Assembly (NCBI GenBank): GCA_044226625.1 | Contig: JBGAGQ010000019.1 | Coordinates: 1 to 64,000, forward strand | Direction: 5' to 3' | Length of the DNA: 64,000 nucleotides | Source: Thermoanaerobaculia bacterium | Lineage (GTDB): Bacteria > Acidobacteriota > Thermoanaerobaculia > Multivoradales > UBA5704 | Shown: positions 49,001-59,584 of the stretch, piece by piece | Layout: each line of letters opens with the position of its first letter | Numbering within the stretch: the stretch's first letter is position 1 | The notes under the pieces: generated by a model | The model's database searches: none | The model's input: the letters and a program-made list of their open reading frames with translations, nothing else | Told to the model about the DNA's origin: nothing | Translations under genes and position numbers: made by a program

Positions 49001-51121
49001 GTGACCTATTCGAACTACGACGCCAAGGGGCACGCGCGCCAGAAGTTCGACGGGGTGTCGACTCTCACGTTCGAATACGACAAAGCCGAGCGCCTGACCC
49101 GAGTGCGGGAACCTGGGACCTTCATCGGCTGCGGCACCAACGCCCATCCCCGTTGTTTGAAGGAGTACACTTTCGGCACGGTCAATTCCGGCAACGACCT
49201 AAAACTCGGAAAAGTCCAGGTGGCGACGCGTTACAACTACCCCGTCCTCGGCACGACCGCCCACACGGTGGCGGTGGCGGAAACCTACGCCTATGCCGGT
49301 AAAGAAGGCCGCGCGTCGAAGCGGGACACCCAGGTCTATTTCAACGGCGCCGCCACGGAATCGTTCACCCAAGGATTCGTCTATGACGACCTGGGCAATC
49401 CATCCAGTTTGAGCTATCCCCTCTGCACCCACATGGGGTGCGCGCCGCCCCCGCCGCAAGTTCCGACACCGAAGATCGTGAGCTTTTCGTACTCCGAGGG
49501 CTTGCTGACCGGCGTGCCGGGCTACGCGAGCTCGATCACCTACAACTCGAACCAGACCATCGCCCAGGTGATCCACGTCAACAACGTGACCGACGTGATC
49601 GGTCTCGATCCGAACGCCCAGCAGCGTCCAGGCTCGATCCTGTCGAAGGTGACGACGACCTCGGCGAACCTGTGGAACGCCGGGAACTATCTTTACGACG
49701 GAGCGGGCAACGTGAAGTCGATCGGCGGCTCGGGCTTCGCCTACGATCCGGCGAGCCGGCTGGTGACCGCGAACCTCTGGGACGGCACGGGCGCGACGGG
49801 CACGCCGCTCAAGACGCAGACCTACGGCTACGACCTGTTCGGAAACCTATTGGCGATCGGCGGCCAGGGCGGGCGGAACACCCCGACGAACTCGACGACC
49901 AACCGGCTGAACGGCGCCGGGATGGCCTACGACGCGGCGGGGAACCTGACCGCCAACAACGGCGCCGTGCACGAATACGACCCGTTCCACTTGATGTGGC
50001 ACTTCCAGTCAGGGGCCGAAGACTGGCGTTACGTCTACACGGCGGACGACGAGCGGATCTGGTCGTTCAAGACGGGCGGTGTCTCCCGCTGGACGCTACG
50101 CGACCTGGGGAACCAGGTGCTGCGGGAGTACAAGAACGACGGCGGCACCTGGAGCGTGACGGAAGATTTCATCCATCGGGGCACGCAGCTCCTCGCGGCC
50201 GACACGACGACCGGGGTGAGCCACTTCCACCTGGATCATCTGGGAACGCCCCGGCTGATCACGGATCAGACGGGGAAGAAGATCGCGTACCACGTGTACT
50301 GGCCGTACGGGGAGGAGCTGACTTCCACGAGCCAGGATGTGGAGCGGATGAAGTTTACCGGCCACGAGCGGGATTTGAACGGGGCGGGCGGGGCGGGGGA
50401 TGATTTGGACTACATGCATGCTCGGTTTTGCTCGCCCGTGGTGGGGCGGTTTTTGGGGGTGGATCCTCTTGGAGCAAATCTAAGCAACGCCCAAAGCTGG
50501 AATCGCTTCGCCTATGTTAGGGGAAACCCACTACGGTTCATCGATCCTACTGGCGAGGTCCTGGCAATTGCCGGTACGGACTCCGATAAACGGAAGGCCG
50601 AAAGCATTGCGAATAGCGGATTGTATGGGCAGGAGCTGAAGATTTCCTCCTCAGGTAAGTCCTCTCTCTCGAGCTCGGGTGAAGTGGGCCCACCAACCAA
50701 GGAGCAAGCGGCCCTCTCCGGATTACTCTCAAAGGTCATCGATGACAAAAAATCGACGAGCATCAGCGCAACTTCCAATGATCCACAGGTGGTAGTGGGC
50801 AGTTTCAAGGCGAGCAGGATTGACGTATCCGACATGGCCGCTTTTGGCAATGGTCCTGGTGCATCGCAGGCCGGAGCGTTCGCCCATGAAGTTGCTGAAC
50901 AATATGAGAAGCAAGTTCATGGCTCCGACTTCCCTGCTGGACATATGAGCGCGATGAAAACTGAATCAGACGTCACGGGCTTCACGCGAGGCCAGGAAAG
51001 ACCGAGCAGGACACCTCAAGGGGATGTTAAGGTCTCGGTGCAGTATTCGAACGCATCAACTCAGGTAACCGTCGACGTGGTTCTAGACCAAAATGGAAGA
51101 CTCAGTGTCTCGAGGCATTGA
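46028..51121 (+). CDS. rhs: Rhs/YD-repeat polymorphic toxin with a Sec signal peptide (about 1697 aa)
   Basis: Signal MRARAILLGSLIAASAANA-QQ; YD repeats; core HLDHLGTPR, FTGHERD, YMHAR, WNRFAY..GNP..FIDPTG; lower-GC C-terminal domain from 50555. Confidence 0.93.
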   Translation: MRARAILLGSLIAASAANAQQHPNVAKGFAPDKIFAVGDVDSVNAFNGNLLLTLGIGARYPLREGFSYGLSAVYNSTVWDFRDFSAGSTSTTQARISRRSNVGAGWRLSLGQLYSPSREDLPFNDTQAWIYVGPDAAEHRFFPRLHDEDPEDPGDVGVKDTLQKVQYTRDGSYLRLRLDGPGGTKTIEFPDGQIHTFDSNRRLIEIRDRFAPGGVPANFLHVDYTDTTWTLTDHPQGRVQVLTFSNLMQDMQPIQRLDKVEMTAFALPGQQPPPTATWTFGYTSAVIPRACPDCNNLQTDDPLTPPTLAVQFLTSITQPDGSVWSMPLSDYVLANPPGFNDLVGRIKGLTLPTLGRLEWDYGFYIFPSSATERRPWAQSSRGVVVRRKKTASGAVEGTWTYSPHLQFEGTSTESQSQELTVTVTTPLGDKTENFFSVYAFGNNPPGVYPNILDYGRPFTPKVSDGQGRFLSTRVYDCQPNGTGCVPVRSTWVRYEQDYSPGVGNDGSGEGQLLDPRVAQMRTAFEDDCPPGSTTCGITTPVPPPTGSYYSDEDFSSFDGLGHYRTRRLGGNFPDVTSITETTSYNPLRGNYGSPGYSMLPSSSPWLLGLYQDMTRSNNSGENSTVESCFDGTTGFLQRKRVRKFGRTADDVLVVYSPNGDGTVAREDWSGGDGGNVPLAELCGLTPPGAGYSLKHSYQLGILSKSEYLKASGGVFEFAAVDRTVDPRTGLISAENDVSKLQTTYEYDTLGRLTWVQPATGHGAWTEYVYNRALNSGSLAKVTINQHGNGAKGNAILTTSSLFFDSFGRLIKEQRKMPGGTFSNRETTYDAIGNRATLSEWEAGVPSHRTQYQDYDPFGRPRTIQPSDGSAHQVTITRSGVRKVTTGTKIWGPCGSGGALQECTSETIQLFDQIGRLFRIDQPVVWPTTANPNPAPLRTSYAYDVGDRLKTVKQFDAVTQAIVQQRDFTYDNRGFLTSETHPELGGVTGNGSVTYSNYDAKGHARQKFDGVSTLTFEYDKAERLTRVREPGTFIGCGTNAHPRCLKEYTFGTVNSGNDLKLGKVQVATRYNYPVLGTTAHTVAVAETYAYAGKEGRASKRDTQVYFNGAATESFTQGFVYDDLGNPSSLSYPLCTHMGCAPPPPQVPTPKIVSFSYSEGLLTGVPGYASSITYNSNQTIAQVIHVNNVTDVIGLDPNAQQRPGSILSKVTTTSANLWNAGNYLYDGAGNVKSIGGSGFAYDPASRLVTANLWDGTGATGTPLKTQTYGYDLFGNLLAIGGQGGRNTPTNSTTNRLNGAGMAYDAAGNLTANNGAVHEYDPFHLMWHFQSGAEDWRYVYTADDERIWSFKTGGVSRWTLRDLGNQVLREYKNDGGTWSVTEDFIHRGTQLLAADTTTGVSHFHLDHLGTPRLITDQTGKKIAYHVYWPYGEELTSTSQDVERMKFTGHERDLNGAGGAGDDLDYMHARFCSPVVGRFLGVDPLGANLSNAQSWNRFAYVRGNPLRFIDPTGEVLAIAGTDSDKRKAESIANSGLYGQELKISSSGKSSLSSSGEVGPPTKEQAALSGLLSKVIDDKKSTSISATSNDPQVVVGSFKASRIDVSDMAAFGNGPGASQAGAFAHEVAEQYEKQVHGSDFPAGHMSAMKTESDVTGFTRGQERPSRTPQGDVKVSVQYSNASTQVTVDVVLDQNGRLSVSRH
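50045..50463 (+). repeat. Rhs core 3' segment, repeated at about 51629-51980, 52918-53337 and within 54536-55125
   Basis: Near-identical DNA, e.g. CACTTCCACCTGGATCATCTGGG...GACTACATGCATGC, in four copies. Confidence 0.93.
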
Positions 51122-51507
51122 TGAGAACTTACGGATTGCTGTTCCTTCTGCTCACGACAGGGTGTGCCCGTTCCATCAGATGCAATCAGTGTCAGCCAGC
51201 CTTGGCGGATATCGTCTGGGGGTTCCATGAAGCGAGGATGGAGGCATCGCTTCGTTCTTGGGAACGGGGCGAGGAAATTGATGGACCGATGTTCATGGAA
51301 GACGTGGAGTTTTTCGAAGGCGTGACAGGCCTCGAGCTGACAAATAAGAACTATTTTGGTGTATTGCCTTCGAGCGACGATAAGAAGTTCTTCGCCAAAT
51401 GGAGGTCTTGGTACAAGTCACACAAAGCGAGTCTCGAAATAGCATGCACTGCAGGGGGCAAGGTTTCCTTAAAAATTATCCAAAGCCGAGCGCCCGGCAC
51501 GCCTTGA
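51121..51507 (+). CDS. Cognate immunity lipoprotein for the main Rhs
   Basis: TGATG overlap with the rhs stop; lipobox LTTG-C; low GC. Confidence 0.7.
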   Translation: MRTYGLLFLLLTTGCARSIRCNQCQPALADIVWGFHEARMEASLRSWERGEEIDGPMFMEDVEFFEGVTGLELTNKNYFGVLPSSDDKKFFAKWRSWYKSHKASLEIACTAGGKVSLKIIQSRAPGTP

Positions 51508-51632
51508 GGGCGAGGGGACTACGTTTAGTTCCTCCCGCAACGATGGCTCTCTCGTCTCGCCTAACGGTCGCGTTTGGGGGCGATTCGTGACATTCTCCTT
51601 CTCCACATGTTCGAGCCGGCCAGGGTCGCCAG

Positions 51633-52586
51633 GTGCTGCGGGAGTACAAGAACGACGGTGGCAAGTGGAGCATGACAGTGGATTTCATCCACCGGGGTAG
51701 CCAGCTCCTCGCGGCGGACACCTCGGCCGGAGTGAGCCACTTCCACCTGGATCATCTGGGGACGCCCCGGCTGATCACGGATCAGACGGGGAAGAAGATC
51801 GCGTACCACGTGTACTGGCCGTACGGGGAGGAGCTGACTTCCACGAGCCAGGATGTGGAGCGGATGAAGTTTACCGGCCACGAGCGGGATTTGAACGGGG
51901 CGGGCGGGGCGGGGGATGATTTGGACTACATGCATGCTCGGTTTTGCTCGCCCGTGGTGGGGCGGTTTTTGGGGGTGGATCGTGTAGGTGGGACCCTAGG
52001 GATTCCTCAGAGCTGGAATCGGTACTCCTACTCGTATGGCAATCCGATCAAGCTAGTCGATCGGGATGGGAATCACCCGGTTGTGATCCTCTTGATTGTA
52101 GCCGGTGTCGCACTGTTTTCAGAGCCTGAGGCCGCCAACGCGCCAGGTTCAAAGGCTGAGCACGATGCGGGGATTCCGGACAAGAGCAACATGGGCGACC
52201 TGTCGGCCGCAGCGAAAGCCGCGGCGGTTTACGTTAGCTTGGTAAATCTGTTTAGCGGAGATGAGAGCCGATCTAATGAGCCGGAGGACGTTGAAAAACC
52301 TGCCACGGTTCAGGACAACAAGAAGAATGGCGACGAATATCGCGACCAAGTAGCAAAGGAGATTGAGGCACTGGGGAATTCGACAAAGACCGAAGTGACA
52401 AAGAAGACGCCGTTCGGACAGCGCAAGGTCGACATAGAGGTGACCAAGGAGGGTAAGGTTGTGGGAGGCGTTGAGACGAAAACCGGTGACTCTCGATACT
52501 TGCCATCTCAGCAGGCCAAAGATGAATACCTGAAATCAACGGGCTATGACGTGGTCGTTGTTCGGAAGCCACCTCCTGGAGAGTAA
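51633..52586 (+). CDS. Orphan Rhs-CT module 1, PD-(D/E)xK nuclease-like toxin
   Basis: Rhs core fragment and DRDG cleavage motif, then EVTKKTPFGQRKVDIEV...GVETKTG..Y...QQAKD. Confidence 0.75.
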   Translation: MLREYKNDGGKWSMTVDFIHRGSQLLAADTSAGVSHFHLDHLGTPRLITDQTGKKIAYHVYWPYGEELTSTSQDVERMKFTGHERDLNGAGGAGDDLDYMHARFCSPVVGRFLGVDRVGGTLGIPQSWNRYSYSYGNPIKLVDRDGNHPVVILLIVAGVALFSEPEAANAPGSKAEHDAGIPDKSNMGDLSAAAKAAAVYVSLVNLFSGDESRSNEPEDVEKPATVQDNKKNGDEYRDQVAKEIEALGNSTKTEVTKKTPFGQRKVDIEVTKEGKVVGGVETKTGDSRYLPSQQAKDEYLKSTGYDVVVVRKPPPGE

Positions 52587-52889
52587 ATGATAAATATGGG
52601 AGATCTTCTGGGTAAATGGGTTTCCGATCCTGCAGACAAGGTGGCGCGTGCAGAGTATGGCGACACCTCGCTTGAGTTCCGTGCGAACGGCGATCTCATC
52701 TACACCATCTATGGCGCCACGAAAGACGAGATTGCGATTCTGAGCTATAGAATCTGCGGTGATGAGATAGTCACCAGCCAGTTGTCCTACCCTAGGGAGG
52801 AGGTCAGCAAATTGGCAATCGATGATCAGGGTGCCATGACGATTGAATTCGGCAATGTCACCTCGCATTATGTGCGTGCCAAGGAGTAG
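52587..52889 (+). CDS. Putative immunity protein for orphan 1
   Basis: Starts immediately after the toxin stop; small, cytoplasmic, LLGKW beta-barrel-like start. Confidence 0.65.
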   Translation: MINMGDLLGKWVSDPADKVARAEYGDTSLEFRANGDLIYTIYGATKDEIAILSYRICGDEIVTSQLSYPREEVSKLAIDDQGAMTIEFGNVTSHYVRAKE

Positions 52890-52917
52890 TTGCACGCATG
52901 TGAGTTGAGATTCCCCG

Positions 52918-54044
52918 GATGACGAACAGATCTGGTCGTTCAAGACGGGCGGACTGTCCCGCTGGACGTTACGCGACCTGGGCAACCAGGTGCTGCGGGA
53001 GTACAAGAACGACGGCGGCACCTGGAGCGTGACGGAGGACTTCATCCATCGGGGCGCGCAGCTTCTGGCCGCCGACACCACGACCGGTGTGAGCCATTTC
53101 CACCTGGACCATTTGGGGACGCCGCGCCTGATCACCGACCAGACGGGCAAGAAGATCGCGTACCACGTGTACTGGCCGTACGGGGAGGAGCTGACTTCCA
53201 CGAGCCAGGATGTGGAGCGTAGGAAATTTACCGGGCACGAGCGCGACTTCAACGGCGCGGGCGGGCCGGGGGATGACCTGGACTACATGCATGCGCGGTT
53301 TCGCTCGCCGGTGGTGGGGCGGTTTTTGGGGGTGGATGAGGTTGAGGGCAGAGCAGATAGGCCCTAATCTTGGAACCGCTATGCCTATCGCATGGAAATC
53401 CGCTGAAAAGTATCGACCCGCACGGCAAGGATGAAATTTCAGCTCTGGCGAATGTCTATGCATCGGTCTCCCGCGCGATCGTCGGCGTAGGCTCGGCAAT
53501 ACAAGACGTCGTCGATTCATTAAACGAAGGTGGTGTCGTGGGCATTGCCGCCGACACAGCCCTTGGGACGGCGGGGTCAGCGGTGCAAGGAATCGGTGAC
53601 CTGTTCAACCTTGGTAGGTCAAGTGGCGACGCGATAGGCTCCGATGGGGACTCGTACGATGTCGGAAATGCGCTTGCTGCGGATCTTGGGCGGGCAAGCG
53701 GAATCGTGCTCACGATCGCAGGCACGGCTCAGTACAGCCTCGGAGCTAAGGCACCCCTGTACCGTGCCGTGTCGCAGGCAGAAATGTCTAGCCTTGCAGA
53801 GTCTGGGTCCTTCCAGCCCTCGCCGTCGGGGAGTATGTCGAAAGGTTTCTTCTTCTCGAAGGGTGATGCGGAAGCTTTTGCATCTCAAAAGTCGCGTATC
53901 GACGGGCCCCACTCCGTCGTTTCTGCTGAAGCTCCGACGCAGCTGGTAAGATCTTCTCCTCCCCATGTGGCTGGAGAAGGGCCCGGCGTCTATATACCGA
54001 ACAATCGACTAAGCAGTGTAACGCCGAAGGTAACCCCGAGATGA
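52918..54044 (+). pseudogene. Orphan Rhs-CT module 2 (nonsense + frameshift), putative ADP-ribosyltransferase-like toxin
   Basis: TAA at 53365-53367 where P-Q-SWNRY is expected, and a frameshift near 53390 before GNPLKSIDPHG; the CT contains LYRAVSQAE...GSF...KGFF. Confidence 0.7.
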
Positions 54045-54508
54045 ATCCCTTAGAGCTCATCATCTTCGACACCGATCCACATCTCGTAGAGACGTTTCGG
54101 CGAGGAATCGACCTTCCTTTCGTAAAGATTGTTCTAGGAAGCGGGCCGGAAGTCACCTCTTTCCAAAAGCTCGATGCGCTGTGGGGCAGCTGGATGATTG
54201 CCGAGCGTTTTGGAATTACACCGGACCCCGTACCCTATCGTGCAGAGGTCTTCCCGAACGCCGGTCCTTTAAGGGGCCTTCCTCCATTCATAGTCGCCGG
54301 TCCTAGTCTCGCACCGGGAGATAGTTTTTCGCCAAACAGAGGCCTTGAAATCAACCTGGACGGAATGCTGGATGCTGTTTCGCGATTTAACGCGAGCAGT
54401 GAGACTCCGATCCGGCGTTTGGGGACGATTCGTGAGAATCTCCTTCTCCACATGATCGAGCCGGACAGGGTCGCCGCTGCGATCGATGCAGCCTGGCGGA
54501 GACATTAG
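54041..54508 (+). CDS. Putative immunity protein for orphan 2, macrodomain-like
   Basis: ATGA overlap; LIIFDTDPHLVETFR...VKIVLG...DAL...PFIVAGP...LDAVSRFN...IRRLG resembles a macro-fold layout. Confidence 0.55.
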   Translation: MNPLELIIFDTDPHLVETFRRGIDLPFVKIVLGSGPEVTSFQKLDALWGSWMIAERFGITPDPVPYRAEVFPNAGPLRGLPPFIVAGPSLAPGDSFSPNRGLEINLDGMLDAVSRFNASSETPIRRLGTIRENLLLHMIEPDRVAAAIDAAWRRH

Positions 54509-54535
54509 CGATGCTATGAGAGTTCCCCAAACCTG

Positions 54536-55125
54536 TTGGAGATAGGCGGACTGGGTGGGCGGAATACGCCACCGAATTCGGCTACGAACCGCCCCGGGGA
54601 TGGCCTACGACGCGGCGGGGAACCTGACGGCCAACAACGGCGCGGTGCACGAGTACGACTCGTTCCAACTGATGTGGCACTTCCAGTCGGGGGCAGAAGA
54701 CTGGCGCTAGGTCTACACAGCTGACGATGAGCGGATCTGGTCGTTCAAGACGGGCGGTGTCTCCCGCTGGACGTTACGCGACCTGGGCAACCAGATGCTG
54801 CGGTAGGCCAAGAACGACGGTGGTATCTGGAGTGTGACGGAGGACTTCATCCATCGGGGTAACCAGCTCCTCGCGGCGGACACCACGACTGGGGTGAGCC
54901 ACTTCCACCTGGATCATGTGGGAACGCCGCGGCTCATCACGGATCAGACGGGTAAGAAGATCGCGTACCAAGTGTACTGGCCGTACGGCGAGGACCTAAC
55001 TTCATCAAGCCAGGATTTGGAGCGAATGAAGTCACCGGCCACGAGCGGGACTTGAACGGTGCGGGTGGGCCAGGGGACGATCTGGACTACATGCATGCTC
55101 GGTTCTGCTCGCCGGTGGTGGGAAG
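54536..55125 (+). pseudogene. Degenerate orphan Rhs core fragment 3 with no toxin tip
   Basis: Homologous to about 49850-50450, with TAG at 54708-54710 and 54804-54806 and a frameshift near 55030; ends before DPxG. Confidence 0.8.
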
Positions 55126-55245
55126 GTCACAATTTCGGCAAATCCTTCCCTTACCAAGGGTCTTCCGTACACAATTGGTGTTGCCGCCGTGAATAGGGAG
55201 CTAGTATCTGAATGTTGTGCCCTGGACTCGCACGAAGGAATAGGA

Positions 55246-55611
55246 ATGATCGAAAGGAAGCACCTGACCATCGGCCTCGAGTTTTATCGAGGCAACTCAT
55301 CTCCAGTCGAAGGCTACTTCGAAGAGGGCGTTCCAAATCCCCGGCACCTCGATGAGCTAGGGGTCTCTGTGGATGCGGAGGAGGTATTCGACGAGGTAGC
55401 TGACTCGTTCAAACAATCCGGCCGCCTACAGGTCACTTTCAGCGGCACCCGAAGGGCATATGCAGAGCTAGGACGCTATTTCCTGGCAATGTCGGAGTTC
55501 CAAGCGCTCAACCCCCAATACCACGACCACCTTGACCGGCTAGCTAAGGTTGAAGGAAAGAGGGAGGTCGAGCTCATCGTGCGGCTACCGGGACCGCAGC
55601 GAGTAGAATGA
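55246..55611 (+). CDS. Orphan immunity-like protein (Imm32-like)
   Basis: FSGTRRAYAELGRYFLAM...YHDHLD motif; low GC; position within the rhs array. Confidence 0.5.
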   Translation: MIERKHLTIGLEFYRGNSSPVEGYFEEGVPNPRHLDELGVSVDAEEVFDEVADSFKQSGRLQVTFSGTRRAYAELGRYFLAMSEFQALNPQYHDHLDRLAKVEGKREVELIVRLPGPQRVE

Positions 55612-56084
55612 GGTCCACTCCCCTCCTTGGAGTTGGGATTGGCGTTTTGCTGGTCCTGGCCTCTTGTGCGAGCGACGGTGGGCGAGCCAGAGAACCAAGC
55701 ATCATCGAAGCATTGCGAACTTCCGCCCAGCCAGCCATTGACACTTTCACGGAGGACTTTCTGGCCGGAAAGTTGAAGCTAGAACCTCGGTGGCTGGCCG
55801 ATCGGTCCATCCAACACGTTTACATTCGGATTGGTGGTTCGCGCGAAGAGGGAATCAACCACCTCGGCGTCGAGCGGCTCGGCGACTATTTCCTTTGCCT
55901 GTTGGAGATTCGTTTCAACAAGTCGACCGCGGAGATTCTGAACGACCGGAGGCTCCCCGTAGCGGATGCCTGCGCGCAAGGAGGTTGTGGACCCTGCTAT
56001 TCGGAAGCATGGCCGATGAGTGACGATGCGCGTAAGGCCCTGGTTGCCTTTTGGCTCGAACGAGCGAGCGATTGGGCTAGGTAG
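55608..56084 (+). CDS. Orphan immunity-like lipoprotein
   Basis: ATGA overlap; lipobox VLAS-C; Cys-rich C-terminus. Confidence 0.55.
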   Translation: MRSTPLLGVGIGVLLVLASCASDGGRAREPSIIEALRTSAQPAIDTFTEDFLAGKLKLEPRWLADRSIQHVYIRIGGSREEGINHLGVERLGDYFLCLLEIRFNKSTAEILNDRRLPVADACAQGGCGPCYSEAWPMSDDARKALVAFWLERASDWAR

Positions 56085-57662
56085 ACGCTGACTGTCGAAC
56101 CCGCCACACCATGATCCCCCGCCCGCGCGCGACGGGCCGTAGCCAGGGCGCGAGGGGTTTACTTTCGAGCAGCGCCTTCGGCCGGTCGCGGAGGTCGATC
56201 TCTCCGACCACGAGATAGCCGACGTTCTGTTCGCGGAGCAGCCGTTCCAGCCGGTCGAGGTAGAGGCGCGGATTGTTTACTTCCGGTCCGAAGGCGTCGG
56301 GGATCGCGAGGTAAGGCCGTGAAAGATAGCGGCCGAGAAAGGGCGACGTCCCGGCGAAGCGGGTGTCGGCCGGTAGCTGTCTTTCGAGATTCAGGAGGGT
56401 TGCGATCTCCCACTCCGGGTGGCGCTCGATGAAGGCAGGGAGCCGGCGGAAGGCGGTTTTCGCTCCGAGGGAGAGGACGAGCGCCGTGGCGGTGAGGAGC
56501 GCGATCGTTCGCGCGGCGGAGCGGAGGGTTCGCACGGCCGGTTCGCGGAGGGGGGCGGCGAACAGGATGGCGTTCGCGGCGGGGAGGAGGCAGAGCAGGA
56601 ATCGGCCCCAGGTGAAGAACGAAAAGGCGACCGCGGCGAGAAAGATGGCCCCGGACGCGAGGAGCCAGGTGGCGCTGCGATCCCTTCGGAAGATCAACCA
56701 GGCGCCGGCCGTGAGGAAGAGCGCGGCGTGAAGTGGGGTTCCGACGAGCTGGGCGAGCCCTCCCTCGGTGAAGCGCCAGAGCTCGGAAAGGCCGCCGCGG
56801 AGGATTCCGACCGGGTCGGCGCGGACGATCTCGCCCAGACCTTTGAACGGCACCCGGTCGAGGTATGACCAGTCGGGGTAGCCGTAGAGCTTCCAGGCGA
56901 CGTTCTTCCAGTTCTCGTCGTGGAACGGGTCTCCGAAGGCGGCGAAGCGCCAGGCCCAGAGGGCGACGAAACCCGGTAGCGCGGCGAGTCCGGCGTAGAG
57001 GAGGTGGCGCCATCGCGCCCCCGGAGCGTCTCGTCCGCCGAACCAGAGCGCGAGAAGCAGCCCGGGGACGAGGAAGATCGCGTTGCCCCGGGTGAACGCG
57101 CCGAGGCCGAGGAGGGCACCCGCGACGAGCGCCGGTCGCGGACCGGGGCGCCGGAGGTAGATCAGTCCGGAGAGCAGAACGCCCGCCGCGAGGGCGGCGA
57201 ACGTCATGTCGGTCGTCGTGTGCTGGCCGAGGATCCAGAGGTTCGGGTTGACCGCGGTCGCGGCAAACGCCCAGGCGCCGACGGACTCGCCGGCGTCCGA
57301 TCCCGCGGAGCCGAGGCCCCCCTCTCCCAGCTCGCGCCCGGTGCGCCAGGCGATCCAGGCGAGCGCGGCCGCGGCGAGGTTCGAGAGGAGGCGCGCCGCC
57401 GCGAACGGATCGCCGATCGCGCCGCCGAGCGCCGCCGTGAGCAGCGGGTAGAGCGGTGGCCGGTAGGGGTCCCGCGGCAGCTCGCCCGCGAGGAGGGCTT
57501 CGGCCTGGGCGACGTAGCCGTCGCGCTCCGCAGAGCCCGCCTCTTCGACGCAGTGGTAGCGCGCTCCGAACAGCGCGAGGTTGACGAACAGGAGCCCCGC
57601 GGCGAGCGCCGCGCGGCGTGAAGCACCCGGATCTCGGTCTCGGAGCCGGGCGAGGAGGGACA

Positions 57663-57663
<1 letters not shown>
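56077..57663 (-). CDS. GT-C (ArnT/PMT-like) membrane glycosyltransferase
   Basis: ERDGY, YRPPLYPLL, TTDM.FAAL, TR.N motifs; more than 11 TM helices. Confidence 0.7.
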
Positions 57664-59530
<1,867 letters not shown>

Positions 59531-59584
59531 TCAAGCTTTTTCACGCTGAAACGAGATCTGCCGCGGTGCTAGAGTCCGCCGGCG

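Noticed and set aside
50045-55125. Diversity-generating retroelement TR/VR pairs
   Set aside because: The repeats are Rhs core copies whose differences are not adenine-specific, and no reverse transcriptase is present
42280-56084. Intact Tn7 or prophage at glmS
   Set aside because: No transposase, TnsC/TnsD, integrase or phage structural genes, and no recognisable terminal repeats
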